From NCBI GenBank assembly GCA_963785725.1, contig CAWAWS010000020.1, positions 128,001 to 192,000 of the forward strand: a DNA stretch of 64,000 nucleotides. The letters are read 5' to 3'. This document shows, one piece after another, positions 29,932 to 40,123 of this stretch. Within the stretch, counting starts at the first letter, position 1. Every line of letters begins with the position of its first letter. Source of the stretch: an uncultured delta proteobacterium (GTDB lineage: Bacteria > Myxococcota_A > Polyangia > Palsa-1104). Under the pieces are notes generated by a model, which saw only the letters and a list, made by a program, of their open reading frames with translations, was not told where the DNA came from and searched no databases. Made by a program: the position numbers and the translations under genes.

Positions 29932-31974
29932 TCATTGATCCTCGTCGTAGGGGTTGCTGGTATCGATGCTGCGCTTGCGTGGCGGCTCCCATTCGCCACG
30001 CGGCGCGATATCACTGCGGCGTTCGTTCGTCGTGCGCTGCGGCTCGACCACCGGCGCCGACGCGGGCGCGGCCAGCGGCAGGCGCGACGTGACCGGCTCG
30101 GCGCGGCGCGCCGGCTCGACGCGGCGCGCCGGCGCCTCGTGGCCGTGCTCGCGATGCGCCATCGCCGTCGTCGGCTGCGAGCTGTCGAGGCTGAGATCGA
30201 TCATGACGTTGTCGGCGAACGTCACCGTGCGCTCTTTGGCCTGATGGCCGGGCGCGACGGCGCGCAGGCGATGGCTCCAATCCGAGCGCGCGAAGCGGCC
30301 CACGAACGGGTTCGACGGCAACAGCGTCCCGTCGAGCCAAATCTGCGCCGTCGACGGCGTGACGCCGATCGAGAGCACGATGGTGTCGTCTTGCGCCCGC
30401 GGCGGCGGGACCGCCAGCGGGAGCGCGGCGGCCGGGCGCGCCGCGACGGCAGCGGCCGGCGCAGTCGGCGGAGCGACGACGATCGGCGGCGGCACGTCGC
30501 GCAGCGCCACCAGCGCCGTCGTCGCCATGAACACCACCGTCAGCGCCGCGCCGATGAGCCAGGCGCGATTGCGCGCGAAGTTCGGCGACCACTCGTGATT
30601 GTCGAGCGGCAGCGGCTCCAGCGTCGGCTGATCGAGCGCGGACACGACCGAGAGATGGTTGCGCTCGACGCCCGTCGTCGTCGCTTGGCGCCGCTGCGCC
30701 GCCGAGCGCTGCTCGCTGGCGAACGAGCGCTGCTCGGCGGTGCTGCCAAACGACGGCTGCTTGCCATTGAAAGACGGCTGCTGCCCGTTGAACGGTCGCA
30801 GCTCGCCGTTGCTCTTAGTATGGCCGCCCGTTCGCGAGCTCCCCGCGAAAGACCGCGCGTCACTCTGTTGTGATCGCTGATCGCCCGCGAACGAACGGCC
30901 CGTCGCATAGGAACGACCGCTGCCGCGCCGCGACGACTCGCCCGGCTCGGCGGCGTCGAGCGTCTCGAGCCGCCCATAGTCGCCCGCCTGCAGCCGCAAG
31001 AGCGCGCCGTCGATGAGCCCCCGCGTGCGCTGGCGCTCGCCGTCGAGCTCTTGCAAGATCGCGTCGCTGATCTCACGTGTGCGCGGCGCACCGCCCGTCG
31101 CCCACAGGTGCTGGTCGATGGCGTCGCGCATCTCGGCCGCGGTGTGGAAGCGATCTTCGGGCCGCTCGGCGAGCGCGCGGTCGCAGACGTCGAGCAGCGC
31201 CGGCGAAATGTCGGGACGCAGCCCGCGCAGCGACGGAATCTCGCCGCGCGTCAAGCGCCGCCAAAATCTCGATCTCGCCCATCCCCTGCCACAAGCGACG
31301 CCCGCTCAAGACTTCGAACAGGATGACGCCGACCGAGAAGAGGTCGCTGCGCCGATCGGCGCGCCGTCGCAGCTGCTCGGGCGCCATATAGTTCACGCGC
31401 CCTTTTAGGACGCCGGTCTTCGTCTCCAGCGACGAATCGCGCGCCTTGGCGATCCCGAAGTCGATGACTTTGGTGTGCCCTTCATAAGTGACGAAGATGT
31501 TGTGCGGGCTGATATCGCGGTGCACGAAGCCGAGCGGCTGACCATCGAGCCCGGTGAGCTCGTGCGCGTAATCGAGCGCCGCCAGCGCGTCGCGCAGCAC
31601 CGACAGCGCCAGCCGCTGCGGAAAGCCGCCCCGCGCGGCGAAGCGCTTGAGCACATGATAGAGCGAGCGCCCTTCCAGATACTCCATGGCGATGAAGTGC
31701 CGACCGTCGCTCTCGTCGACGTCGTTGGTCTGCACGATATTCGGGTGATTCAGACGCGCCGCCGTGCGCGCCTCCTGCTGGAACATGACCAGGAACTCTT
31801 CGTCTTCGACCAGGTCCGGGCGCAGCTCCTTGAGCGCGACGAGCTTGGAAAAGCCGGCCGGTCCTTGCGCGGCCGCGACATAGACGATGCCCATGCCGCC
31901 GCGTGCGACCTCACCGAGCAGTCGATATCGGCCGACCGAATCGCCGAGAGCATGGTCGGTCTTAGGCATCAGCA
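29932..31974 (-). CDS. Transmembrane Ser/Thr kinase with PEGA-like periplasmic domain, apparent +1 frameshift at ~31252-31255
   Basis: ARGGMG, VALK, HRDISPHN, DFGIAK, KGRVNYMAPEQ in ORF 31073-32005. The kinase C-lobe (RALAERPEDRF), TM and PEGA continue in ORF 29932-31254. Confidence 0.88.
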
Positions 31975-32588
31975 TAGAAGGCACTCCACACGGGTTTGCA
32001 GGCACGACAATATATTCAAAACGATTAGTCAGTCAAAAGTAATCATTAGGGTTTTTATGAACTGTAATCGCGGTAGCAAAGCCAAAACAGCGTCATTAGA
32101 GGTGGGAGAAGGCGGCACTGTGAATGGCGCCTTCGCACTCGCCCGCTGCACACTGGCAGTTTGCACGTACAACCACACCATCACGATATTATTGCAATTT
32201 TCGGCTTCACCGCGATCGACAAGTGAAAGCCGAATCGCATTTACAACCTGCGTCAATGATATGACGAGGCGTCAATCGACCAGCAGCCTGAATCGAATTC
32301 GTAATCGAAACCGCAATTATCGATATCCCTGATTACCGATATTCGAATATCGATTTCGCTGCGATTACGTAAGTCGTCGTTCGAATATGAGCGCGAGACA
32401 AATGTGGGCGCGCCGAATTCGGCGCGTCGTGGATTGCGGCCGCGCGACGATGACCGGCCGTGCACGAGAGGCAGCCGTTCGCGCGCTCGCGAATGATTCG
32501 CGCCGATGAAGGCGGTCGGCGAATGCGGCGGCGTCCGCGCGCTCGCCGTCGCGCTCGCGCCGTCGCGGCGCCGCCGGTTGGCGTCGAG

Positions 32589-32704
32589 CACGAAGCGACT
32601 GACCGTCAGTCACGAAAACTGACTGGCAGTCACGAAAACTGACTCACAGTCACGAAAACTGACCGTCAGTCACGAAACGCCGACCAGCAGTCACGAACGA
32701 TTGA
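32589..32704. repeat. Intergenic 20-bp tandem array (core CAGTCACGAAAACTGAC + 3 variable nt)
   Basis: CAGTCACGAA at 32607, 32627, 32647, 32667 and 32688, plus a degenerate copy at 32589. Confidence 0.9.
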
Positions 32705-33105
32705 AGGGCCGTCATTGTCGTCGCGCGGCAAACGAGACGACGCCGCTTGACACCTCGTGGCCGCGCGGCGAATGCGCGCGCAGACGGCGAATATCATTCG
32801 TTGCCGCGGCGACGAAGACGCCACCTCGAATGAACGGCGACGTGCCGCACGCGACCACATCGCCCACCCACAACGCTGCAAACACCTGTAAGCATTCATA
32901 TTTACTGAAGGTTTCGTCACGCTCGCGTCATCTACTCGTGAGCAACGAAGGCGGCTCGGCCGCGCTCGCGAATCGCGGAGTTGTCCGTGATGACGCGCGC
33001 GCGCCGACACGACAGCAGCACGATGTCCGCGCGCCCGAGCTCGAAAGCGGCGCGGCGAGGATCGTGCGTGGCGTCGGGCGCGCCTTCCACTGACGGAGGT
33101 AACGA

Positions 33106-34074
33106 ATGTCGACGCGAGTCTTGCAGAGTCCTTCGTGGTCATGGGCGCCATTGTCATTGGCGCTGGCATTGTCGGCGCTGCCGTGGGTAGCGACGGGTTG
33201 CGGCGGAGACGAGCTCGCCGGCGAGAGCGCGGCGCAATCCGCGGCCGCTTGCGCGCACGACCTCTGCACGACCGGCAGCACGCTGAAGTCGGGCTGCAAT
33301 GCGTGCGTGACCGAGATCTGCGCCGCCGACAGTTACTGCTGTAAGACGAAGTGGAGCAGCCAGTGCGTCGCCGAGGTCGCGTCCATCTGCGGCCAAACCT
33401 GCGGCGGCGGCAACGCGGGCGGCGGCGGAGGCGCGGGCGGCGGCGGCAGCGCGGGCGGCGGCAGCGCCGGTGGCGGCGGCAACGCCGGTGGCGGCGGCAG
33501 CGCCGGTGGCGGCACAGCGGGTGGCGGCGGCACCAGCGGTGGTGGCGACGGCACGCCGACGCGGCAACAATGCACCGGCAACTTCGGCAGCGGGCTGTCG
33601 ACGGCGCATGGGCGGCTCGACGGCTATCTCGTCTCCATCGTCGCCCCCGGCGGCTCCAAGACGTGCAACGGCGACAGCTCGCACGTGCACTTGCAGGTCA
33701 TGATGAGCGGCGCCATTTACGACGTCGCGGTCGATACCGGCTCGAGCGGTGACGATATCTATTATTTGGCGACCAATATGACCATCCCCGATGGCACGTG
33801 GTCCGAAGGCTGGCATACGAGCGACTCATTGTCGTACAAGTCGCTCGGCATCTCCTCGACGCAGCTGACGCAGCTCTCACCGTCGGTGGCGGCGACGACG
33901 GTGGAGAACGAGCTGGCGACGGCGAATCATATCTCGGTATTCGGCACCGGATATAACGCCAATGGAATGCACCTGATTCATTACGACAACGGCAAAGACG
34001 GCGCGATTGTCGTCGAGCCGCAATCCGAGTCGTCGCGCGTGCTGTTCTTCCGCTTCTCCGAAGACAGCTTCTAG
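33106..34074 (+). CDS. Secreted Cys-rich/Gly-linker lipoprotein, unknown C-terminal domain
   Basis: GGAGG RBS; lipobox ATGC; CAHDLC...CCKTKWSSQC module; HVHLQV and HLIH motifs in the C-terminal domain. Confidence 0.75.
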   Translation: MSTRVLQSPSWSWAPLSLALALSALPWVATGCGGDELAGESAAQSAAACAHDLCTTGSTLKSGCNACVTEICAADSYCCKTKWSSQCVAEVASICGQTCGGGNAGGGGGAGGGGSAGGGSAGGGGNAGGGGSAGGGTAGGGGTSGGGDGTPTRQQCTGNFGSGLSTAHGRLDGYLVSIVAPGGSKTCNGDSSHVHLQVMMSGAIYDVAVDTGSSGDDIYYLATNMTIPDGTWSEGWHTSDSLSYKSLGISSTQLTQLSPSVAATTVENELATANHISVFGTGYNANGMHLIHYDNGKDGAIVVEPQSESSRVLFFRFSEDSF

Positions 34075-34244
34075 CCTAAGCGTTCGCGCGCTGCTCGCAT
34101 GAACGACTGGAATGATGGACCACGCGCCGGCGGCAAAGGTGCACCACCATTCGCTCGGGTCCTCGACCAATGCAGACTGCATGTTCGCAGCATATATCGA
34201 CTGGGATGACGACAAAGACTCGAATGAGCCCGCCGGAAACGAGG

Positions 34245-34272
34245 AGCCGGCGGTCGACGATGACCGCCGGCT
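34245..34272. terminator. 11-bp stem hairpin between convergent genes (putative terminator)
   Basis: AGCCGGCGGTC-gacgat-GACCGCCGGCT, about 10 nt downstream of the stop at 34282; no clear U-tract. Confidence 0.5.
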
Positions 34273-34281
34273 TGCCGCGAA

Positions 34282-36705
34282 TTAGCTGATGGGCGCGGTC
34301 GAGCAGACGTTGTTGATGCAGGTGATGCTGCCCGTCTCGTGGCCGCAGCAGTCGGCGTCGGTGCCGCACTTTTCGTAGACGGTCGAGCACGACGGCGGCT
34401 GCGACAAGCACTGCAAGCCCGTGCCGCCGTCGGCGCTGCTGGTGCCGCCGGCAGGCGCGCGGCAATAACCGCCGCAGCACTCGTCGCCGGTATCGCAGCC
34501 ATCGCCATCCTTATGGCAGGGAACGGCGGTCCAGAAGCCGCGCGCATTACCGGCATAAAGCTCCTGCGCCGGCAAATAGAAGGCCGGATGGCTGGGATCG
34601 GTGCCGCCGGGCGCATTCAGATCGACCGCCGCCACCCACAGCTTCTTCGTCGTGATCTGGTGCTGCCAATCGTAGTTGCGCGGGTCACTCATATAGCCGT
34701 CGATCGTGGCCACGTTGCCGTACATGCGGCGGCTCGAGAACACGACCCAGCCATAACCGCCGGACGCAATCGGGCACGCCGTGGGCTCGTAGTTCAAGAG
34801 CGGCTCCAACGTCGCCGCGTGATTGTTCGCGGCATTCGTCGGCAAATAGAGCGTGCCATTGGCGATGCCATTGAGCTCCGACAGCGGCGCCGTCTTCTTG
34901 GTCGCCATGTCGTACCAGAAGAGCGCGCCCGTATTCCAACGCGTATAGCCGAGCGCCGGGCTGGGAATCGTGGGATCGAGGCTGCCCTCTTCGATCTGGA
35001 AGACGACCGCGTTGTTGGTCGGCAGGAACGTCGACCACGACACCGCGCCCGTGCTCGGCGTGTAGACCTGCGTGTGATTACTAAAGGTCATGGTCGAGAA
35101 ATCGAAGTCGATCGTCCCCAACGAGCGCGAATCGAAGTTGGCGTCATTGAAGGCGACGTGCTTGCCGTCGGGTGAGAACACCGGCAGCGTCGCGCGCAGC
35201 CCGTTCAAGTTCGCGACGCCGGTCATCGGCGTCCCGCTCACCGGCGAGCTGATATTATAGAGGTAAGAGTTCTGGTCGCTGCGATCATTACCCGAGCTCG
35301 ACAGATAGAACGCGCCGGTGGGATAGAACGCCGGGAAGATATTCGACCAGTTGCAGGTGCTGCAGTAAGGATCGCTCGTCGACGGCAAATTGACCGGGTT
35401 ATTGGGGACGATCCAATTGCTGCCATATTCGACCGTCGTCGACGCCGGCGGCTGCGTCAGATCGTAAGCATAGCTGGTCGAATAGTCGTTATCCGGGTCA
35501 TTGGAGATGAGGCGCTGACCATTGGCGCTGACGCTGTGGCAGGCGCGGCAGCCGGGCCGCAAGCTGTTGTTGGTCGGGTTCGTGATGTTCTTGCCCGCGA
35601 CCAGCGTGGGCGCCGAGTCGCCGGGATGAATGCCGAGCGTCGCCGCGCCGAACGCCGGACCGGTCTTGGTCGCCGTCACCGTGCAATTCGTGGCATTGGG
35701 CGCGCAATAGCACTTGTCATTCGGTCCGCAGCTGGGCTCGCCCGAGTTCTGCACGAACGCCGTTCCATAAGAGTTGTAATAAACAGTGCCGCGCAGTGAG
35801 CCGCGCGCGATCTTCCAATTGAGCGTATAAGGCCCGACCGCATTACCGCCTTCGCCGAACGTCAGCGTGACCGTCGCGTTCTCCGTCCCGTTATTGGAGT
35901 TACCGAGCTCTTTCCACACCGCCTGCGGCAAGGGAATGTTCTTGAATACGAAGCCCGTCGCCGTCGATTGCGCCGCGAAATAGCCGGTATAAGTAAACGC
36001 GCTCTCGCTCAGCTGAATCTTGACCGAGTCGAACTTATGCGTGCTGCCGTCCCATTGAATGAGCGGCGCCAACAGTCCGCGCGGCCAAATGGTGCCGTCA
36101 TAAGGATATAGAATCTTCACGGTCGCATCGGCCATGGGCGGACCATCGAGGCCGGTCTGCTGCGTCGTGGTCGCCGGCGGCGCGGGACCATCGCCGCCGA
36201 CGCCGCCATAACCGCCGGCGCCGGGCGCGCCCGGCGGATAGTCCGGATCACCCGTCGTCTGCGTCCAAGCGACCTTGATCGTGACAGTCGTCGAGGCGGT
36301 TTGGCCGTGATAACTGGCCGTGACATTGCCGACGCCGCCGACCGTGCCCGACGCCGTCAATAGGCCGGTGCTGACGTCAATCGACGCCAATTCGCCGACG
36401 TCGATGCTCCACGACGGCAGAATCGTCTGACCGTCGACGACGGCCGTGTATTGCAGCGTCGGCGGCGCTCCGCCCTGCGTCATGCTCAACACTTGATCGG
36501 GCGGCGTAATGATGATCTGAAACGCCATATCCTGCGCCGGCGGCGGCGTCATGTCGCTGGGAACGACGACGCTCAAATCGGGCTGCTTGGCGCTCATATC
36601 GTCGCCGCCGTTACCTCCGGTGGGAGGCATTCCGCGACCTCCGGGAGAGCTGCAGGCGGAAATTGACCCGACCAATAGCACACACGGGAGCGCATATTTA
36701 AGCAT
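34282..36705 (-). CDS. Large secreted lipoprotein: Ig-like + TolB/PD40-like beta-propeller + Cys-rich tail
   Basis: Lipobox ISAC; ILYPYDGTIWPRG, GTVYYNSY, GCRACHSVS, PVFSPDGK, WVVFSSRR, DPSHPAFYLPAQ; C-terminal CC repeats. Confidence 0.8.
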   Translation of the reverse strand: MLKYALPCVLLVGSISACSSPGGRGMPPTGGNGGDDMSAKQPDLSVVVPSDMTPPPAQDMAFQIIITPPDQVLSMTQGGAPPTLQYTAVVDGQTILPSWSIDVGELASIDVSTGLLTASGTVGGVGNVTASYHGQTASTTVTIKVAWTQTTGDPDYPPGAPGAGGYGGVGGDGPAPPATTTQQTGLDGPPMADATVKILYPYDGTIWPRGLLAPLIQWDGSTHKFDSVKIQLSESAFTYTGYFAAQSTATGFVFKNIPLPQAVWKELGNSNNGTENATVTLTFGEGGNAVGPYTLNWKIARGSLRGTVYYNSYGTAFVQNSGEPSCGPNDKCYCAPNATNCTVTATKTGPAFGAATLGIHPGDSAPTLVAGKNITNPTNNSLRPGCRACHSVSANGQRLISNDPDNDYSTSYAYDLTQPPASTTVEYGSNWIVPNNPVNLPSTSDPYCSTCNWSNIFPAFYPTGAFYLSSSGNDRSDQNSYLYNISSPVSGTPMTGVANLNGLRATLPVFSPDGKHVAFNDANFDSRSLGTIDFDFSTMTFSNHTQVYTPSTGAVSWSTFLPTNNAVVFQIEEGSLDPTIPSPALGYTRWNTGALFWYDMATKKTAPLSELNGIANGTLYLPTNAANNHAATLEPLLNYEPTACPIASGGYGWVVFSSRRMYGNVATIDGYMSDPRNYDWQHQITTKKLWVAAVDLNAPGGTDPSHPAFYLPAQELYAGNARGFWTAVPCHKDGDGCDTGDECCGGYCRAPAGGTSSADGGTGLQCLSQPPSCSTVYEKCGTDADCCGHETGSITCINNVCSTAPIS

Positions 36706-36992
36706 TGGCGCGCAATATCACCCTGTGTGCACTGCTAATCAATTCAGTCTTTATGCTAGGTCGAGTTGATATCTTCGTTAAGAAACAGCGACGAAACAGT
36801 AGCGGGCCGATTTACCTCTCAATCGATATTCGGTAAGCCGCATATCAATCGCATTTCAGACTGACAATGACAGCGACGGTGATTGTCGCGCAGTGCAGAA
36901 AGTGGCCGCCAGCCAATGACGGGGAAACACCAGTCGGGTCATGTGTGCAGTCGGATACCGGGCGACGAACGAGCTGATATCGTCGGCGCAGC

Positions 36993-38003
36993 ATGGCGAG
37001 CAAAGGGCAAAAGAAGCTGACGTATGAAGAGGAGCTGGCGCTGCTCTCGCCGGCGACGGTCGATCCCGCCGGCGAAGACGGGCACAGGCGCATCCTGGCG
37101 GCGCTGGCGAGCGGACGGTCGCTCGTCGTGGCGCGGGCCGCCAAGCTCGTCAAGGAGCACAGGCTCGACGGCTTCGCCGAGCCGCTGCGCGCCGCCTTCG
37201 AGCGCTATTTGCCGGCGGCGGCGACCGCGAGCGCGCTGCAGGCGGCGACCAAGCTCGATCCCAGCTGTCACGCCAAGCTGGCCGCCATCGAGGCGCTCGA
37301 TCAGACCGAATCGGTCGATCCCGAGCCGTTCGCGCGCGCCGTGCGCCACTTTCAGCCCGAGGGCAGCGGCGACAGCGCGGCGCCGCTGCGGTCGGCGGGC
37401 ATCGCCGGGCTGGCGCGCCTCGGCCATCGCGACTTTCACATGATCGTGGCGCGGCTGGTGAGCGATCGGTGGCCGCCGGTGCGACAAGCGGCGCTGGAGG
37501 CGCTGGCGCATCGCGACGACGGCGCGGGCGCGCCGCTGGCGCTCCTCAAGGTCGAGCTCGGCGACGAAGATCCGCAGGTCGACGTGGCGGCGATGACGGC
37601 GCTCCTGACGCTGGCGCCCGACTGGGCGCTCGAGGTGCTGAGCGGGCTCCTCGACGCGCGTGGCGGCCACGGCGGGCGTCGCGAGCTGGCCGCCGTCGCG
37701 CTCGGGCAGTCGCGCCGCGACGACGCGCTGGCGCTGCTGCTGGCCAAGCTGCCGCTCAGCCCGCGTGCCGACGAGCGCGAGGCCCTCCTGCGCGGGATCG
37801 GCCTCCATCGCAGCGACGGCGCGCTCGCGGCAATGCTGACGATCATCCGCGAAGGCAAGGCCGCCGAGGCGACGCTGGCCATCGAGGCGCTGGCGTCGCG
37901 CCGCTTCGAGCCCGGCATCGGCGAGCGCGTGCGCCGCGCGGCCGGCGAGAACGAAGCGGCGGACGACTTGGCGCCGGTCGTCGCGCAGGTCTTCGACGCC
38001 TGA
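36993..38003 (+). CDS. HEAT/PBS-lyase-like repeat protein
   Basis: Repeated LVSDRWPPVRQAALEAL, GDEDPQV and RELAAVALG helical units. Confidence 0.8.
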   Translation: MASKGQKKLTYEEELALLSPATVDPAGEDGHRRILAALASGRSLVVARAAKLVKEHRLDGFAEPLRAAFERYLPAAATASALQAATKLDPSCHAKLAAIEALDQTESVDPEPFARAVRHFQPEGSGDSAAPLRSAGIAGLARLGHRDFHMIVARLVSDRWPPVRQAALEALAHRDDGAGAPLALLKVELGDEDPQVDVAAMTALLTLAPDWALEVLSGLLDARGGHGGRRELAAVALGQSRRDDALALLLAKLPLSPRADEREALLRGIGLHRSDGALAAMLTIIREGKAAEATLAIEALASRRFEPGIGERVRRAAGENEAADDLAPVVAQVFDA

Positions 38004-38058
38004 TGCGTTGATTCTTCGACTCGGCGGCGTCGGCTCGGGTCATTATACTGGGCGCGAA

Positions 38059-39903
38059 ATGTCCGAGCCCGAAGCCGCCGAGCCTGCCGTCGGAACCGTC
38101 GTCGCCCACCGCTGGCGGCTCGTCGAGCGCGTGGCGCTCGAGGGTGACACGCTCGTCTTCCGCGCCGACGACCTCAAAGGCGGCAAGCCGGCGCTCTTGA
38201 AGCTGCTCGACGCCCGCTGCGCCGCCTCGCGCGAGCTGGCCGCGCGCTTCGACCGCGACGCGCGCACGATCAGCCGGCTCAACCACGCCAATTGCGTACA
38301 GATCCTCGACTTCGGCATCTTCGAGGCGCGCCCCTACTTGGTCATGCAGGCCGTCGCCGGCCGCCGCCTCGGCGACGAGCTGGGCAAGCCGCAGCTGACG
38401 CCGACGCGCGCCGCGCGCATCGCCACGCAGATCTTGGAGGGCCTGCGCCACGGCCACGCTTACGGCGTCGTGCACCGCGAGCTCGGTCCCGACAAGATCT
38501 GGCTCACCGGCGCCGCCAACGGCCCCGATCACGTCAAGATCCTCGACTTCGGGCTGGCGCGCATCAGCGGCGACGACAAGAAGCGCACGGCCGCCAACGC
38601 CTTCGGCTGCCTCGCGCCCGAGCAGCTGCAGCAGCGGACCGTCGACCAGCGCGCCGATCTGTTCGCGGTGGGCGTGCTTTTGCGCGCCATGGCCAGCGGC
38701 CAGTCGCTGCCGGCCGTCGACGGCGCCGCCGGCCGGCCGCTGACGCCGGCGCTGCAGCGTGTGGTGGCGCGCGCCCTGGCCAAGGATCCCGAGCAGCGCT
38801 TCGCCGACGCCGGCGAGTTCATCGACGAGCTGGAGGCGATCGGCGAAGGGCGCACGGCCAAGCGGCGCAAGATCGACGTCGCGCCGCCGCCGCGTCTCGG
38901 GCGCGCGCTGGCGTTGGCGTTGGCGGCGCTCGTCGTCGTCGGTGGCGGCGTCGGCTGGTGGCGGCGCGCGCGGCGGACGCGATCGGCGACGGCGACGGTG
39001 ACCGCCGCCCAGCCGGCCGCGACCGAGCCAGCGGCGGCCAAGCCGCTCGCCGGCGATGCGCCGTCGTCGCCACCGCCGATCGCCAAGCCGGCGCCAGTCG
39101 CGCCCGTCGTGACGCCGCCCGTGACGACGAAGCCCGCGCCGACGGCGGCTGACGCCGCGAAATCGTCGACGAAGCCCGCGCCGACGGCGGCTGACGCCGC
39201 GAAATCGTCGACGACCGCGCCGACGAACGCCGCGGCCGCGAAGGCGCTGCCGACGACGAGCGTGCCGGCGAAGGCGACGACGGCGCCGGCCGAGACGAAG
39301 GCTGCGCCGCGCGGTCCAGCGCCGACTCCGGCTGCCGCGGGCAAGCCCGCGAACGTCGTCGCAGCCGCGGCGCCGGCCGTAAAGGCGGCAGCCGCGCCCA
39401 CCCCGGCGCCGTCGGCAGCGACGAACGAGCCGGCGCCGGCCGGCGAATCGGCGCGCGTGACCGCGCTCCTGACCGCCGGCAAGCTCGACGTCGCCGAGCA
39501 GGAGCTGCGCGCGCAGCTCGACCTGCACGCCGAGTCGGCCGAGCTGCACTTCCTCTTGGGCGAGGTCTTCTTCCGCAAATTTTGGCGCCGCGACGCCCTC
39601 GTCGAGTGGGACCGCGCGCTCGCGCTCGACCCGTCGCTGCGCCGCGATCCGCGCCTGACCGCGCGGCTGTGCGCGACGCTGAGCCCGCGCTTTCACGGCG
39701 CCGGCGCCGAGCTCATCGCCAAGCGCTTCGCCGCCGAGGCCGTGCCGCTCCTGCGCGGCTGTGTGGCCTCGGCGACCGACCTCGAGCGGCTGCAGACCGC
39801 GGCGCAGCTGGCCGAGCAGCTCGGCGGCAAGAACGCCATCGACCCGCAGCTGGTGACGCGCCGGACGCAAGAGCTGACGCCCAAGGCCGCGCCCAGCCCG
39901 TAG
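38059..39903 (+). CDS. Membrane-anchored Ser/Thr kinase-like protein (probable pseudokinase) with C-terminal TPR
   Basis: Kinase fold (LNHANCVQILDFG, VKILDFGLAR, LAPEQ, ADLF) but no Gly loop and catalytic loop HRELGPDK; TM; P/A/T linker; TPR-like tail. Confidence 0.82.
   Translation: MSEPEAAEPAVGTVVAHRWRLVERVALEGDTLVFRADDLKGGKPALLKLLDARCAASRELAARFDRDARTISRLNHANCVQILDFGIFEARPYLVMQAVAGRRLGDELGKPQLTPTRAARIATQILEGLRHGHAYGVVHRELGPDKIWLTGAANGPDHVKILDFGLARISGDDKKRTAANAFGCLAPEQLQQRTVDQRADLFAVGVLLRAMASGQSLPAVDGAAGRPLTPALQRVVARALAKDPEQRFADAGEFIDELEAIGEGRTAKRRKIDVAPPPRLGRALALALAALVVVGGGVGWWRRARRTRSATATVTAAQPAATEPAAAKPLAGDAPSSPPPIAKPAPVAPVVTPPVTTKPAPTAADAAKSSTKPAPTAADAAKSSTTAPTNAAAAKALPTTSVPAKATTAPAETKAAPRGPAPTPAAAGKPANVVAAAAPAVKAAAAPTPAPSAATNEPAPAGESARVTALLTAGKLDVAEQELRAQLDLHAESAELHFLLGEVFFRKFWRRDALVEWDRALALDPSLRRDPRLTARLCATLSPRFHGAGAELIAKRFAAEAVPLLRGCVASATDLERLQTAAQLAEQLGGKNAIDPQLVTRRTQELTPKAAPSP
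39127..39213 (+). repeat. In-frame 42-bp tandem duplication (TKPAPTAADAAKSS x2)
   Basis: Identical copies start at 39127 and 39169. Confidence 0.85.
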
Positions 39904-40078
39904 AACGCCGACCGGTTTGACCGCCTACTGCGACGCGCAGTTGCGGCCTACGCCGGGCAGGCTCGTCGCTGCGCTGCTCGAACTACGGAAAGTATTCCTG
40001 CGCTGCTCGCTCCTCGCGTGCCCGGCTCGGCTCGCAGCTGCGCGTCTCGCTACGGCATTCAAACCGTTCGACGTTCTA
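39901..40078. mobile_element. MITE/REP-like palindromic element (178 bp)
   Basis: Terminal inverted repeats TAGAACGCCGACCGGTTTGA (39901-39920) and TCAAACCGTTCGACGTTCTA (40059-40078), 18/20 match, TA at both ends; nested internal inverted repeats. Confidence 0.62.
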
Positions 40079-40123
40079 GCCGGCCACGTAGCCGTTCGTC
40101 GACGAGTCCTGTAGGCTGCGCGC

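Noticed and set aside
32589..32704. CRISPR array interpretation of the 20-bp repeats
   Set aside because: The variable part is only 3 nt, the repeat is 17 nt, and there are no cas genes in the window.
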